Assembly (NCBI GenBank): GCA_963830915.1
Contig: CAWHOE010000006.1
Span: forward strand, 1 to 64,000
Length of the DNA stretch: 64,000 nt
Source of the DNA: a candidate division FCPU426 bacterium
GTDB taxonomy: Bacteria > Oederibacteriota > Muellerivitia > Muellerivitales > Muellerivitaceae
Direction of reading: 5' to 3'
Positions 10,635 to 19,370 of the stretch are shown here, one piece after another. Within the stretch, counting starts at the first letter, position 1, and the number at the start of each line of letters is the position of its first letter. The notes under the pieces were generated by a model, which made no database searches, was not told where the DNA came from, and was given only the letters and a program-made list of their open reading frames with translations. Made by a program: the position numbers and the translations under genes.

Positions 10635-13600
10635 TTAGAACTTACCGTTCACCCCGAAGCTGAACATATTCACGGTCTGCAGATTGTTGTCATCCTCCCA
10701 GTAATTGGCGAAGCAAGGCACACCGTAGGTCATATAGGCTTCCACCGCGTTGCCCACCAGCCTCTTGTCCAGGTTCAGGTAGATATTGGTGAATTGCCCC
10801 GTCCAGCTCCCGTCCTGGGTGAGGTACTTGATGTTGGCGGTCAGCCAGGTGTCGCCCCAGAACCTAAGTTTGAACCCGCCCTCGTTGGTCCACTGCTCCC
10901 AGTAGTCCGTGAAGTTGTAGCGGAAGGTGTAGTTCAGGAAGAACTGCGGCGAGATCCGGTACAACAGGTCCTGGTTGATGGTCTGGATCAGGGCGTGGGT
11001 GCTGAGCGCCGGGTTGGCCAGGGCCGGGTCGCCCGCGTTATTCCCCTCATCGAACCAGTGGATCCAGGTCTGGAAGAACAGCGCCGACTTGTACGTGTTG
11101 TTCTTGATGATGAGCCTAAGGTCCGTATTGTTGTAGGTGTCGATGGCCGGGTCATGGAAGTAGCCGAAGTACTGCAATTCGGCGGTGGTGTTCTCCAGGA
11201 AATCGGCCCACATCTTGTCCGTGTTCATCAGGGACTTGATGGGCTGGAAGGTATCCACCTGCCAGACCAGGTCGCCCATGTATTTGCTGTATCCGCCGCT
11301 GCCCGCCGTGGAATAGGGCGCGAAGAAGCCCATGTCCTCCTGCAGGAAACTGCCGTCCAGCTTGAAGGCGCCCAGGGTGAAGCCGGCGTAGAAATAGTAG
11401 GCGTTGTTGTTCGGGGAGGTGGTCCCGTAGGACAGTCCCGTATATTCGTCATAGGCGCTCTGGGCCACCTCGGCCTGGAAGTTCAAGTGGGCCTGGGGTA
11501 TCTCGGCCTTCAGGTCCGCCTCGTAGGTCTTGATATCCGACTCAACGTTCGCAGAGAAGGGATTGGACCCGACCGTGTTCCCGTTGCGCTCGTCGACCAA
11601 CCCGACGCCGACAGTGGCTTCTTTCATGATGTCCTGCCGCAACCTGGCCACGTAGCCGGCGGTGTTGCCCAGGGTGTTGGGCGTATCGGCGTAGTTCTCG
11701 AAACCGGCCACCTGCAGGATGGTACTGCGCCAGTGGACGCTGTCCTGGATGCCGAATTCCTGGCTTCCCAGTTGGGTCCCGGTGAAGAGTTGAAGCGGGT
11801 CATCCGTGCTGTTCAGGGGCACTCCGGTGGAAAGGGTCAGTTGGTTCACCGAGCCCCTCACATCCAGTTGGGCCTTGGTGAACTCCGCCGTGGCCGAGGA
11901 GGCGTTGACCGGCTGGGTCACCTTGCCGCCCAGGACCAATTGGACGTCGTCGCTGGGGTTGATCTTGACCTGCAGTTCCTCGCTCAGGATGCCGTCCGTC
12001 TTGGTGGGCGACGAGGTGTTCCCGGACAGCTGGATGTTGTCCAGGTAGATCGTCCCGCGTCCCGGGGGAGCGGTGATCTTGAAATTCAGGTAATCCACAT
12101 GGGCCTTGTTGCGCAGGGTGTCCCAGTATTTCCAGTCCGTATGGGACGACTTGAAATTATTCCCGATCAGCTGGATGGCCAGACCCTTGTTCCAGCCTGA
12201 GTTGATCGTGACCGATTGGGACTCTTCCCATTCATTGGTGGCGGTCGTCTGGAAAGCCACATCCATGGTGACAGGTCCGTTCGGGTTATAGACGTCGAAG
12301 GTCATTCGGTTATAAGGCGTGAGGTTCTGGAACGCCCCCGGAACGGTGTATTGGAAAGCGGGGATACCGCCTCCATAGACGGTGTAATCGAACTTGAGCG
12401 AATGGGCCCCGTCCGTAGCGTAATTGGTGGAGATGGAAGCCACCCCGGTGCTGGATTGGGCTCCCGTTCCCTTGTAGTTCTCGAAACTCTCCATCAGGGT
12501 ATATTGGGATAGTTCGCCGGTAAGGATCGTCTTGGAAGTCGCACCCACGACCTGGCCCGCTCCCGTGGCGCCGATCGCGCCCAAGGGGTCGCGCTCGATC
12601 GTCCGTAAATTGGTCAGGAGGACCGACCCCGTGGCCGCCCGGTTGGGGAACACCTGGAAGATGGCCTCCCGGATGTCGTCCTGGGGCGTCAGGTATTCGG
12701 TCGCCGCCCAGTTGCTGTTCTGGGATTTCATCTGGGGCACGCTCAGGTCGATGAACAGGCCCTTGTTCCAGCCCGGCATCAGTTTCACCCGGGGCGTCTC
12801 GTACCAATCCATGGTCGGACCGGTCTTGAAGGCCATGTCCATTTCCATCGGGTAATTTTCCGGGTTATAGACGTCGAACTTCACTCCCAGCACGCTCGTC
12901 CAGTCCAGGTTCTGCGTCTTGGTGAAATCCGCGGTCTGGGAAGGCGACTGGGTCTGGTACTGCATCTCGATGGCGTTCAAACCCTGGAACCTGGTGTAAA
13001 AGAGCCCGAGAGCGAAGGAATTGTCGTTGGCCGACAGGTCCGCCGCCCATCCACCCGCGGTGGATGTGAGCGAATCCCAGACCACCGACCGGCCGTTCAC
13101 CACGTGGGGCACGAATTTCTTCAGGCTATCCATGGCCGCTGAGGACATGCCGGTCACGCGGACGTTATCCATATAGATGGTTCCCTTGCCCGGCGAGTGG
13201 GAATAGAAGCCGATGTAGAGCTTCTTCAACTTGGCCAGGGGCATGGGCAGCTGGCTGTATTTCCATTCGGAAAGGGCGTTCTTGTAGTTCTTGGTCTTGA
13301 GGTTGAAGGTCACGTCCCGGTTCCATCCCGGCTTCAGGTCGAAAGCCTTGGACTCGAACCATTGGTAATTGTCCCCCAGGGTCAGGGCCACGTCGGCCTG
13401 CAGGAGCATCTTGTTGGGGTTGTAGATATCCACCTTGACGGCCGAGGAGCCGTCTAGGTTCATGTCACCCTCGAAACCGAAGAAAGCCGATTTGTCCCCC
13501 GTCCCCATGTCGAAGTCACCCCGGAGCATATGGGTCCCCTCGGTGGCGCTCTTGGTGGCGATGATGGTGGCGGCGGTGGCGGCCGAATCAGCCGTGTCCG

Positions 13601-14933
13601 CTCCCCAGGTCGTGGTCCCCTTCTCGAAGCCTTCCAGCAAAGTGTCCGTGCCGGTGATGGGCGCCATGGGCGGGAAAGCGTCGTCCAGGTTTTTCTTCAA
13701 ACCCACCGGGTCCATGGTGATGAACCGAACGTTATCCACGGCGAAGAAAGAGGAAATGATCTGGTGAGGCAGGAAGGTCAGGCTCATCTTTCGGATCTGG
13801 CTCATCGGGAAGACATAGGAGTTATTGCGCCATCCGGTGGCCTCGCATTTGTAGGTTTGGCTTCGCAGAGGGAAGGTCACGTCGCGGTTCCAGCCCGGTT
13901 TCAGGGTCTGGGGGGTGGATTCGAAATATACATACCCAGGCCCGGTGGAGAAGCAAAGCTCCACTTCCACCTCATCGGGCAATGGGTTGTAAACGTCGAA
14001 CCGGCAGCCAGTGGTCTTGGTCAGGTCCAGGTCGCCTTCCAAAGTGAAGGGGGCTTTATCGTCGGGATTAGTGTTCACATAGGACATCTTGGCCAGGTGG
14101 GTGCCCTGGGTGGTCTGGGCGGCGATGACCTGAACGTCCGAAGCGGAGGAACCGCTGTAGGTCTCAGCTTTGAAGAGCGGGTTGCCGTCCTCGAATCCGG
14201 AGATCAGGACCTCGGTTCCGACCGCCTGGTCCTCGGGCTTCACGCTGGAAACCTTGTTGGGGTTGGCGCCGGTCAGACGGATATTGTCTATATAGAGGTA
14301 ACCCTCTCCCTTTTGGGCGGAATCGAACACGAAAGCCACTTCCCGGATATCGGCCAGCGAGGCCATGTGGATGATGGGATCGTCCGGCGCGGTATTCTCG
14401 GTGGATTGCTTGACCCGGAAGGTGACGTTCTTGTTCCAGCCCGGGTTGACCTTCAAATGGCCCGATTGGTACCAGGTCCAGTTGTCGCCCTGCTTGAAGA
14501 CCAGGGAGCCGTCGAAGGAAAGGGTGGAGGAGTTATAGATGTCCAAGGTGATGGCCGTGCAACCTGTGAAATCCCCGGCCTGGTCCGTGGAAAATGCCGC
14601 TCGGCCGCCATTGGCCGGGAAATCGAAATGACCGCGGAAGCTGTATTTGCCGTTGGAGGGAAAATCGGGGGCGATGATGCCTCCGCTCATGACGCTTCCC
14701 GCGAAGTGGGTGTTCCAGTAGCTGAACCCCAACTCAAAATCTTCCCAGAGGAACGTGGTTTGAGGAACCCCTTCCGCCGGGGCGGCAAGGGCGCCCGGGT
14801 TGGAAGCGGGAGCTGGAAGGGCGGGGGCCGCGATATCGGGAGGCAGGGGAGGAACATCCTGCGCCCCCAATCGTCCCAAGGGGAATAGTACAACCAAGAT
14901 ACAGAGAGCCGCCGTCTTGAGGATGGGTTTCAA
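10635..14933 (-). CDS. Large exported protein: five CBM-like repeats plus a probable C-terminal outer-membrane beta-barrel
   Basis: Signal peptide; five ~170-180 aa repeats (xFExG...DxYNP...PGWN...YxDNxR); last ~460 aa made of amphipathic strands ending FSFGVNGKF. Confidence 0.75.
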   Translation of the reverse strand: MKPILKTAALCILVVLFPLGRLGAQDVPPLPPDIAAPALPAPASNPGALAAPAEGVPQTTFLWEDFELGFSYWNTHFAGSVMSGGIIAPDFPSNGKYSFRGHFDFPANGGRAAFSTDQAGDFTGCTAITLDIYNSSTLSFDGSLVFKQGDNWTWYQSGHLKVNPGWNKNVTFRVKQSTENTAPDDPIIHMASLADIREVAFVFDSAQKGEGYLYIDNIRLTGANPNKVSSVKPEDQAVGTEVLISGFEDGNPLFKAETYSGSSASDVQVIAAQTTQGTHLAKMSYVNTNPDDKAPFTLEGDLDLTKTTGCRFDVYNPLPDEVEVELCFSTGPGYVYFESTPQTLKPGWNRDVTFPLRSQTYKCEATGWRNNSYVFPMSQIRKMSLTFLPHQIISSFFAVDNVRFITMDPVGLKKNLDDAFPPMAPITGTDTLLEGFEKGTTTWGADTADSAATAATIIATKSATEGTHMLRGDFDMGTGDKSAFFGFEGDMNLDGSSAVKVDIYNPNKMLLQADVALTLGDNYQWFESKAFDLKPGWNRDVTFNLKTKNYKNALSEWKYSQLPMPLAKLKKLYIGFYSHSPGKGTIYMDNVRVTGMSSAAMDSLKKFVPHVVNGRSVVWDSLTSTAGGWAADLSANDNSFALGLFYTRFQGLNAIEMQYQTQSPSQTADFTKTQNLDWTSVLGVKFDVYNPENYPMEMDMAFKTGPTMDWYETPRVKLMPGWNKGLFIDLSVPQMKSQNSNWAATEYLTPQDDIREAIFQVFPNRAATGSVLLTNLRTIERDPLGAIGATGAGQVVGATSKTILTGELSQYTLMESFENYKGTGAQSSTGVASISTNYATDGAHSLKFDYTVYGGGIPAFQYTVPGAFQNLTPYNRMTFDVYNPNGPVTMDVAFQTTATNEWEESQSVTINSGWNKGLAIQLIGNNFKSSHTDWKYWDTLRNKAHVDYLNFKITAPPGRGTIYLDNIQLSGNTSSPTKTDGILSEELQVKINPSDDVQLVLGGKVTQPVNASSATAEFTKAQLDVRGSVNQLTLSTGVPLNSTDDPLQLFTGTQLGSQEFGIQDSVHWRSTILQVAGFENYADTPNTLGNTAGYVARLRQDIMKEATVGVGLVDERNGNTVGSNPFSANVESDIKTYEADLKAEIPQAHLNFQAEVAQSAYDEYTGLSYGTTSPNNNAYYFYAGFTLGAFKLDGSFLQEDMGFFAPYSTAGSGGYSKYMGDLVWQVDTFQPIKSLMNTDKMWADFLENTTAELQYFGYFHDPAIDTYNNTDLRLIIKNNTYKSALFFQTWIHWFDEGNNAGDPALANPALSTHALIQTINQDLLYRISPQFFLNYTFRYNFTDYWEQWTNEGGFKLRFWGDTWLTANIKYLTQDGSWTGQFTNIYLNLDKRLVGNAVEAYMTYGVPCFANYWEDDNNLQTVNMFSFGVNGKF

Positions 14934-15019
14934 GGCCGACCTTTCTTAAAATATAGTGAACGGCTTATGGATGATCCACACAGCGATGACGCTCGTAAGT
15001 CGCGATAAATCCTTTTTGG

Positions 15020-15877
15020 TTAGTAAAGCCAGCTTTTGATATCGATGGTCGCCGCGGGGAAACTTGTTCCTCCACTGCCTGTTCCAAGTTGTATTCCAAT
15101 GATTTGCACTTGGGTTGGATCAAAAGTGCCGTTGTACACGTTGTAGCCACTGTAACTGCCCACAGCGGTCGATGTGGAAGGCAGGGTTATGGACAAGGTC
15201 ACACATCCGGAATCGGTCGCGGTGCTGGAAGAGTTCCAGAGACTCGTGCCATTCTGATAGATACAGGCCCAGGGACTGGTATTTTCCTGGACGAAGACAG
15301 CGCCATAAAGCTGGGCCGAGGCGCTGTTCCAACCGCCCGTTACATCCAAGATGATACTAACCGTCTGCCCGCTCATGTTGACCGGGGAGGCCAGGGTATC
15401 TTGTACATAGAGAGCCTGATTGACCGCCGTGAACCCGCCGACAACTTCCAGGGCTCCCGTCGAGCCCGAACAACTGGCGTAGGTCGAGTTGAAATTGACA
15501 CTTGAGGCGCTATTGACCGCCGCAGAACCGGCGCCCGTATTGATCGCCCACCCCGCTATGGCCCCGGCCGAATTGAAGGTGAACCCCAGAGGAGTGGGGG
15601 TATTGGTGACGGTGGGAGTGCTGGTGATGGTTGGTGAGTTGGTGAAGGTGGCCGTGTTCCCTCCCGGTGTCCAGGTCGAGGTGGGGGTCGCGGTAGCGGT
15701 CGGCGGCAAGGTATTGGTTTTGGTGAATGTGGCTGTGGGAGATTGGGGCGCGGGAGTGAAGGTCGCGGTCGGGACGGCCCAGTCGGGCTGGACCAAACCT
15801 TTACTACAGCTGTTCATGAGCAGCGGAACCGCCGCCAAGATCGATGCCATCAACGCCAGATAAAGAATTTTTTTCAC
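15020..15877 (-). CDS. Lipoprotein with a Thr-Pro linker and a CBM-like domain
   Basis: GTG start follows GAGGGGG; lipobox MNSC; TP linker; Trp-containing beta-sandwich ending IDIKSWLY. Confidence 0.75.
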   Translation of the reverse strand: MKKILYLALMASILAAVPLLMNSCSKGLVQPDWAVPTATFTPAPQSPTATFTKTNTLPPTATATPTSTWTPGGNTATFTNSPTITSTPTVTNTPTPLGFTFNSAGAIAGWAINTGAGSAAVNSASSVNFNSTYASCSGSTGALEVVGGFTAVNQALYVQDTLASPVNMSGQTVSIILDVTGGWNSASAQLYGAVFVQENTSPWACIYQNGTSLWNSSSTATDSGCVTLSITLPSTSTAVGSYSGYNVYNGTFDPTQVQIIGIQLGTGSGGTSFPAATIDIKSWLY

Positions 15878-15931
15878 AAGAGCCCCCTCACCGAAAATCT
15901 TTTGGTTTTATTAAAATGGCGTTGAAAAGGT

Positions 15932-15943
15932 TAAAGCGTTTTA
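15932..15943. promoter_or_regulatory. Putative LacI operator TAAAGCGTTTTA
   Basis: Near-palindrome with central CG, upstream of the 15877-7536 operon; similar motif recurs at other glycan promoters. Confidence 0.55.
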
Positions 15944-16019
15944 GTTTTAAAAAAAGATTATCATCCCTTTTTTACACTGTCAAGAAACATCACCCTCAGG
16001 GAAAACGACCTATTGCTTA

Positions 16020-17054
16020 TCAGTTTCCGGGCTTGTCGGTGGAGTTTCGATAGACCAATTGGACCGGCACTTCCCGGACCTGCGCCAACTTTTCCTTGTT
16101 GTCGATGGCTTCCAGGATGCGCGAGACCGCCAGCTTGCCCATGTACTCCTTGGCCACGCTGATGGTGGTCAGGGGAGGGTCGGTGTAATTGCTCATGGTG
16201 ATGTTGTCGAAGCCCACCACGCTCAGGTTCTTGGGCACGTCCCGTCCCACCTCATGGGCCGCCCTCAACACGCCCGCCGCCACCTCGTCATTGACGCAGA
16301 AAAGAGCGGTCATTTTCTTGTTCTTTTGCAGGGCTTCCTTCGCTTTCTCGTAACCGCCCAGGAAGGTCTGGGTCTGGCAGTCGAACACCAGGTCCTTGTT
16401 GTAGGAAAGGTTGTTCTTGATCAAGGCCGTCCTGTATCCGTCCAAACGCTCGGCGATGCTGGGGTGAACACCCGACTTGATGGTGATGAACCCGATGTTC
16501 TTGTGGCCCAGTTTGATGAGATGTTCCACCGCGTAGATGGCGCCCAATTTGTTCTCCACCTGGATGGTCTCGATGCCCTTCACCGTCGGGAAAAGGTCGA
16601 TGCCCACCACCGGGATGCGGCGTTCCTTGATGTCGGTCACCAATCGAGGGTCGCAGCGGCCTATCAACAGCACGCCGTCCACGTTCTTCTCCCGGATGAT
16701 CTTGGGAAGGTCTTGATAGCCGTTGTAGGTGGATTCCAGATAGGAGAAAAAGAGGTTGAAGCCCTTCTCGATGGTCTCTTTGACGATGCCTTCGATGACA
16801 AAGGAATAGAATTGGTTGGAGATGATGCTGTCTTCCATATAGAAGATCACGCCCAGATTCCTGGTGCGCTTCCCCGCCAGGCCGGCGGCCATGGCGCTGG
16901 GGTGATAATCCATGTCCCGGGCGATCTTGGTGACCCGTTTCTTGACTTCCTCACTGATGGCCACGTCCGTTCGGTTGTTCAACACGAAGGAAACGGTTGT
17001 GATGGAGACGCCGGCTTTTTTAGCCACATCCTTGATCGTTACATGGCCGCCCAT
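16020..17054 (-). CDS. LacI-family transcriptional regulator
   Basis: VTIKDVAKKAGVSITTVSFVLN HTH; SVVGFDN and PPLTTI sugar-binding-domain motifs. Confidence 0.96.
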   Translation of the reverse strand: MGGHVTIKDVAKKAGVSITTVSFVLNNRTDVAISEEVKKRVTKIARDMDYHPSAMAAGLAGKRTRNLGVIFYMEDSIISNQFYSFVIEGIVKETIEKGFNLFFSYLESTYNGYQDLPKIIREKNVDGVLLIGRCDPRLVTDIKERRIPVVGIDLFPTVKGIETIQVENKLGAIYAVEHLIKLGHKNIGFITIKSGVHPSIAERLDGYRTALIKNNLSYNKDLVFDCQTQTFLGGYEKAKEALQKNKKMTALFCVNDEVAAGVLRAAHEVGRDVPKNLSVVGFDNITMSNYTDPPLTTISVAKEYMGKLAVSRILEAIDNKEKLAQVREVPVQLVYRNSTDKPGN

Positions 17055-17496
17055 GGAATACCCCTTTATTCCTTAATACTAAAACATTTTACTAAAGGAA
17101 TCGTTAAAATAAAATCGTTTTTTTGAAAAACCGCTCTCATCAAAACGTTGGATAAATCCGGGAGAAAAACCCTTTCAATAATGGCTAATTCCCTATTTGC
17201 CATCTTCTTTCATTCATCCGATCCAGCATTTCCTTCGCCTCCGGATCTGGTCCGAGGATGGAAAATTTTCTCCCAACCCGCGGTTTGTTACTTCGAGTAA
17301 CTTCCCGCCATCCAAAAAGTTCGTCCCAAATCAAACTCGCCCTGGCCGGAAGAACTTTTTTAAAAAAAACTTTTCTTTTTCCAATAGGTGCTTTACACTT
17401 GATTCTACTAAAGGGTTTTACTAAAGGGATTTTGCGCCTTTTTTTATTTCCTGGCAAGCCCCTTTTTGACCTCATTCCATTTTCGATAGGCGGAAG

Positions 17497-18243
17497 ATGC
17501 TCACTCTCATTGCCGACGTCGACGATACCATCTGCCCCAGCACCCAGCCCGTCTCCAGCGCCATGGCCAAGGAGATCACCCGGGTCGTCCAGGGCGGCTG
17601 CAACTTCGCTTTCATCAGCGGCAGCAACATGAACCAGATCACCGACCAGCTCACCCCTTTCCTGAAAGCTCCCCACCATTTGTTGGGCGCCTCCGGGACC
17701 CATTACGTGAAGGTGGATTACAAAAACGACAAGCCGGTTTTTACTGAACAATACCGCCTGAGTTTTAGTGCCGAGGAAAGGGCGGAGATCCTGGGCGCTT
17801 TCGAGGCCCTCATCAAGAAATACGACATCCGTCCCCTCACCACAAAAGAGGACCAGCTTCAGGACCGAGGCTCTCAGATCACTCTCTCTTCCCTGGGCCG
17901 AAACGCTCCCGACGATAAAAAAAGGGCCGATGATCCCAACGGGACCAAGCGCAAGGAATGGGTAGCCTACCTGCGCACCTTGATGGGCGACAAGTATTCC
18001 ATGCGCATCGGGGGCACCACTTCCATCGACATCACGCCCAAGGGCATCGACAAAGCCTGGGGCATCCGCCGGTTCCTCGAGACCAACAAGTTGAAACCCT
18101 CGGAGGCTTTGTTCTTTGGGGACAAGCTGGGGCCTGAAGGCAACGATTATCCGGCGCTTCAGGTGGTGGACTGTATCCAGGTACGGAACCCGGAACACAC
18201 GTTGGAGATCCTGAGCTGTTGGAAGACAAGCCTGAGGGGTTAA
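17497..18243 (+). CDS. HAD-IIB phosphomannomutase-like protein (eukaryotic-type PMM)
   Basis: DVDDT motif I, DRGSQIT, IGGTTSIDI, FFGDKLGPEGNDYP. Confidence 0.8.
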   Translation: MLTLIADVDDTICPSTQPVSSAMAKEITRVVQGGCNFAFISGSNMNQITDQLTPFLKAPHHLLGASGTHYVKVDYKNDKPVFTEQYRLSFSAEERAEILGAFEALIKKYDIRPLTTKEDQLQDRGSQITLSSLGRNAPDDKKRADDPNGTKRKEWVAYLRTLMGDKYSMRIGGTTSIDITPKGIDKAWGIRRFLETNKLKPSEALFFGDKLGPEGNDYPALQVVDCIQVRNPEHTLEILSCWKTSLRG

Positions 18244-18281
18244 ACCCTCGTGGAATACTAATCTGATGAAGGAGCGTTCCT

Positions 18282-19220
18282 ATGCTGCGCGAGAAAAAAG
18301 CCTTACTGAAGCGTTATGAGGGCAATCCCATCCTTTCGGGGAAGGATTTCCCCAACGATATCATCTCGGTGTTCAACAGTTCGGTGGTCAAACAGGCCCC
18401 GGACAAATACACCATGGTCTGCCGGGTCGAGGACTCGGCCCTGGGACGCTACATGTGGGTGGCCGACAGCAAGGACGGCATCCATTTCAAACCCCGTCCC
18501 AAACCCCTGGAGTTCCCCAAGAACGACCCGGTCTACAAGGAATACGTCAACGATACCGTTTCCTACTATGACCCCCGGGTCACCCTGCTGGAGGGCCAGT
18601 ACTACATCGTGCACGCCGCCCATACCAAGCACAACTGCCAGCTGGGCCTCTTCAAGATCGACGACAAGTTCGAGAAATTGGAGTGGATGGGCCTCATCAG
18701 CGAGCCGGACAACCGCAACGGCGTCCTCTTCCCCGAGAAGGTCAACGGACGCTATTGGAGATTGGACCGCCCCAACGTGCCGGGCAATTACGACCTTTGG
18801 GTGAGCGCTTCCCCTGACCTGCTCCACTGGGGCGGGCATCGGGCGCTGGTTCGAAAGGAACAGGTCCGTTGGGCCGACGCCAAGATCGGCGGCGGGGCTG
18901 TGCCCATCAAGACCAAGGATGGCTGGCTCTGTATCATCCACGGGGTACGCATCCAGTGCACCGACTATGTGTACAGCCTGGGCGTGATGCTGTTGGACCT
19001 GAACGACCCCACCAAGCTTCTGGGGATCAGCCAGAGGGCCATTTTGGACCCCCGGGAGAATTACGAGCTTTTAGGACAGGCCTTGAGCGTGGTGTTCACC
19101 ACCGGCGCCGTGGCCGAACCGGACGGGACCGTGAAGGTCTATTACGGCGGGGCCGATACGGTGCAGTGCCTGGCCACCGGGAATCTGGACGAGTTGGTCT
19201 GGTCTTGCAAGAACGAATAG
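18282..19220 (+). CDS. GH130 beta-mannoside phosphorylase
   Basis: RYEGNPIL, YDPRVT, NRNGVLFPEK, KIGGGAVPIKT, YYGGADT motifs. Confidence 0.9.
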   Translation: MLREKKALLKRYEGNPILSGKDFPNDIISVFNSSVVKQAPDKYTMVCRVEDSALGRYMWVADSKDGIHFKPRPKPLEFPKNDPVYKEYVNDTVSYYDPRVTLLEGQYYIVHAAHTKHNCQLGLFKIDDKFEKLEWMGLISEPDNRNGVLFPEKVNGRYWRLDRPNVPGNYDLWVSASPDLLHWGGHRALVRKEQVRWADAKIGGGAVPIKTKDGWLCIIHGVRIQCTDYVYSLGVMLLDLNDPTKLLGISQRAILDPRENYELLGQALSVVFTTGAVAEPDGTVKVYYGGADTVQCLATGNLDELVWSCKNE

Positions 19221-19232
19221 TCTTTTAGTAAC

Positions 19233-19268
19233 AAAAAGGCCGGATTCGAAAGAGTCCGTCCTTTTTTA
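19233..19268 (+). terminator. Intrinsic terminator after GH130
   Basis: AAAAAGG-CCGGATTC-GAAA-GAGTCCG-TCCTTTTTT. Confidence 0.7.
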
Positions 19269-19370
19269 TGACCTGAGTTTTGTTTGATAGTGAATGGTTT
19301 GTCCACGACAGATCCCCAGAAAACAAAGACCCTGCCCCAATAAATCATTGATTCATTTTTCCCACCCATT

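Noticed and set aside
10092..12200. 702-aa + strand ORF and similar long antisense ORFs (1694-2929, 13530-14888, 16059-17126, 52395-53597, 53844-55088, 62389-63534)
   Set aside because: They are shadows of well-supported genes on the opposite strand in GC-rich DNA and have no recognisable motifs
10635..14933. SusC/TonB-dependent receptor
   Set aside because: No recognisable plug or TonB-box motifs, and the putative barrel region follows CBM-like repeats directly
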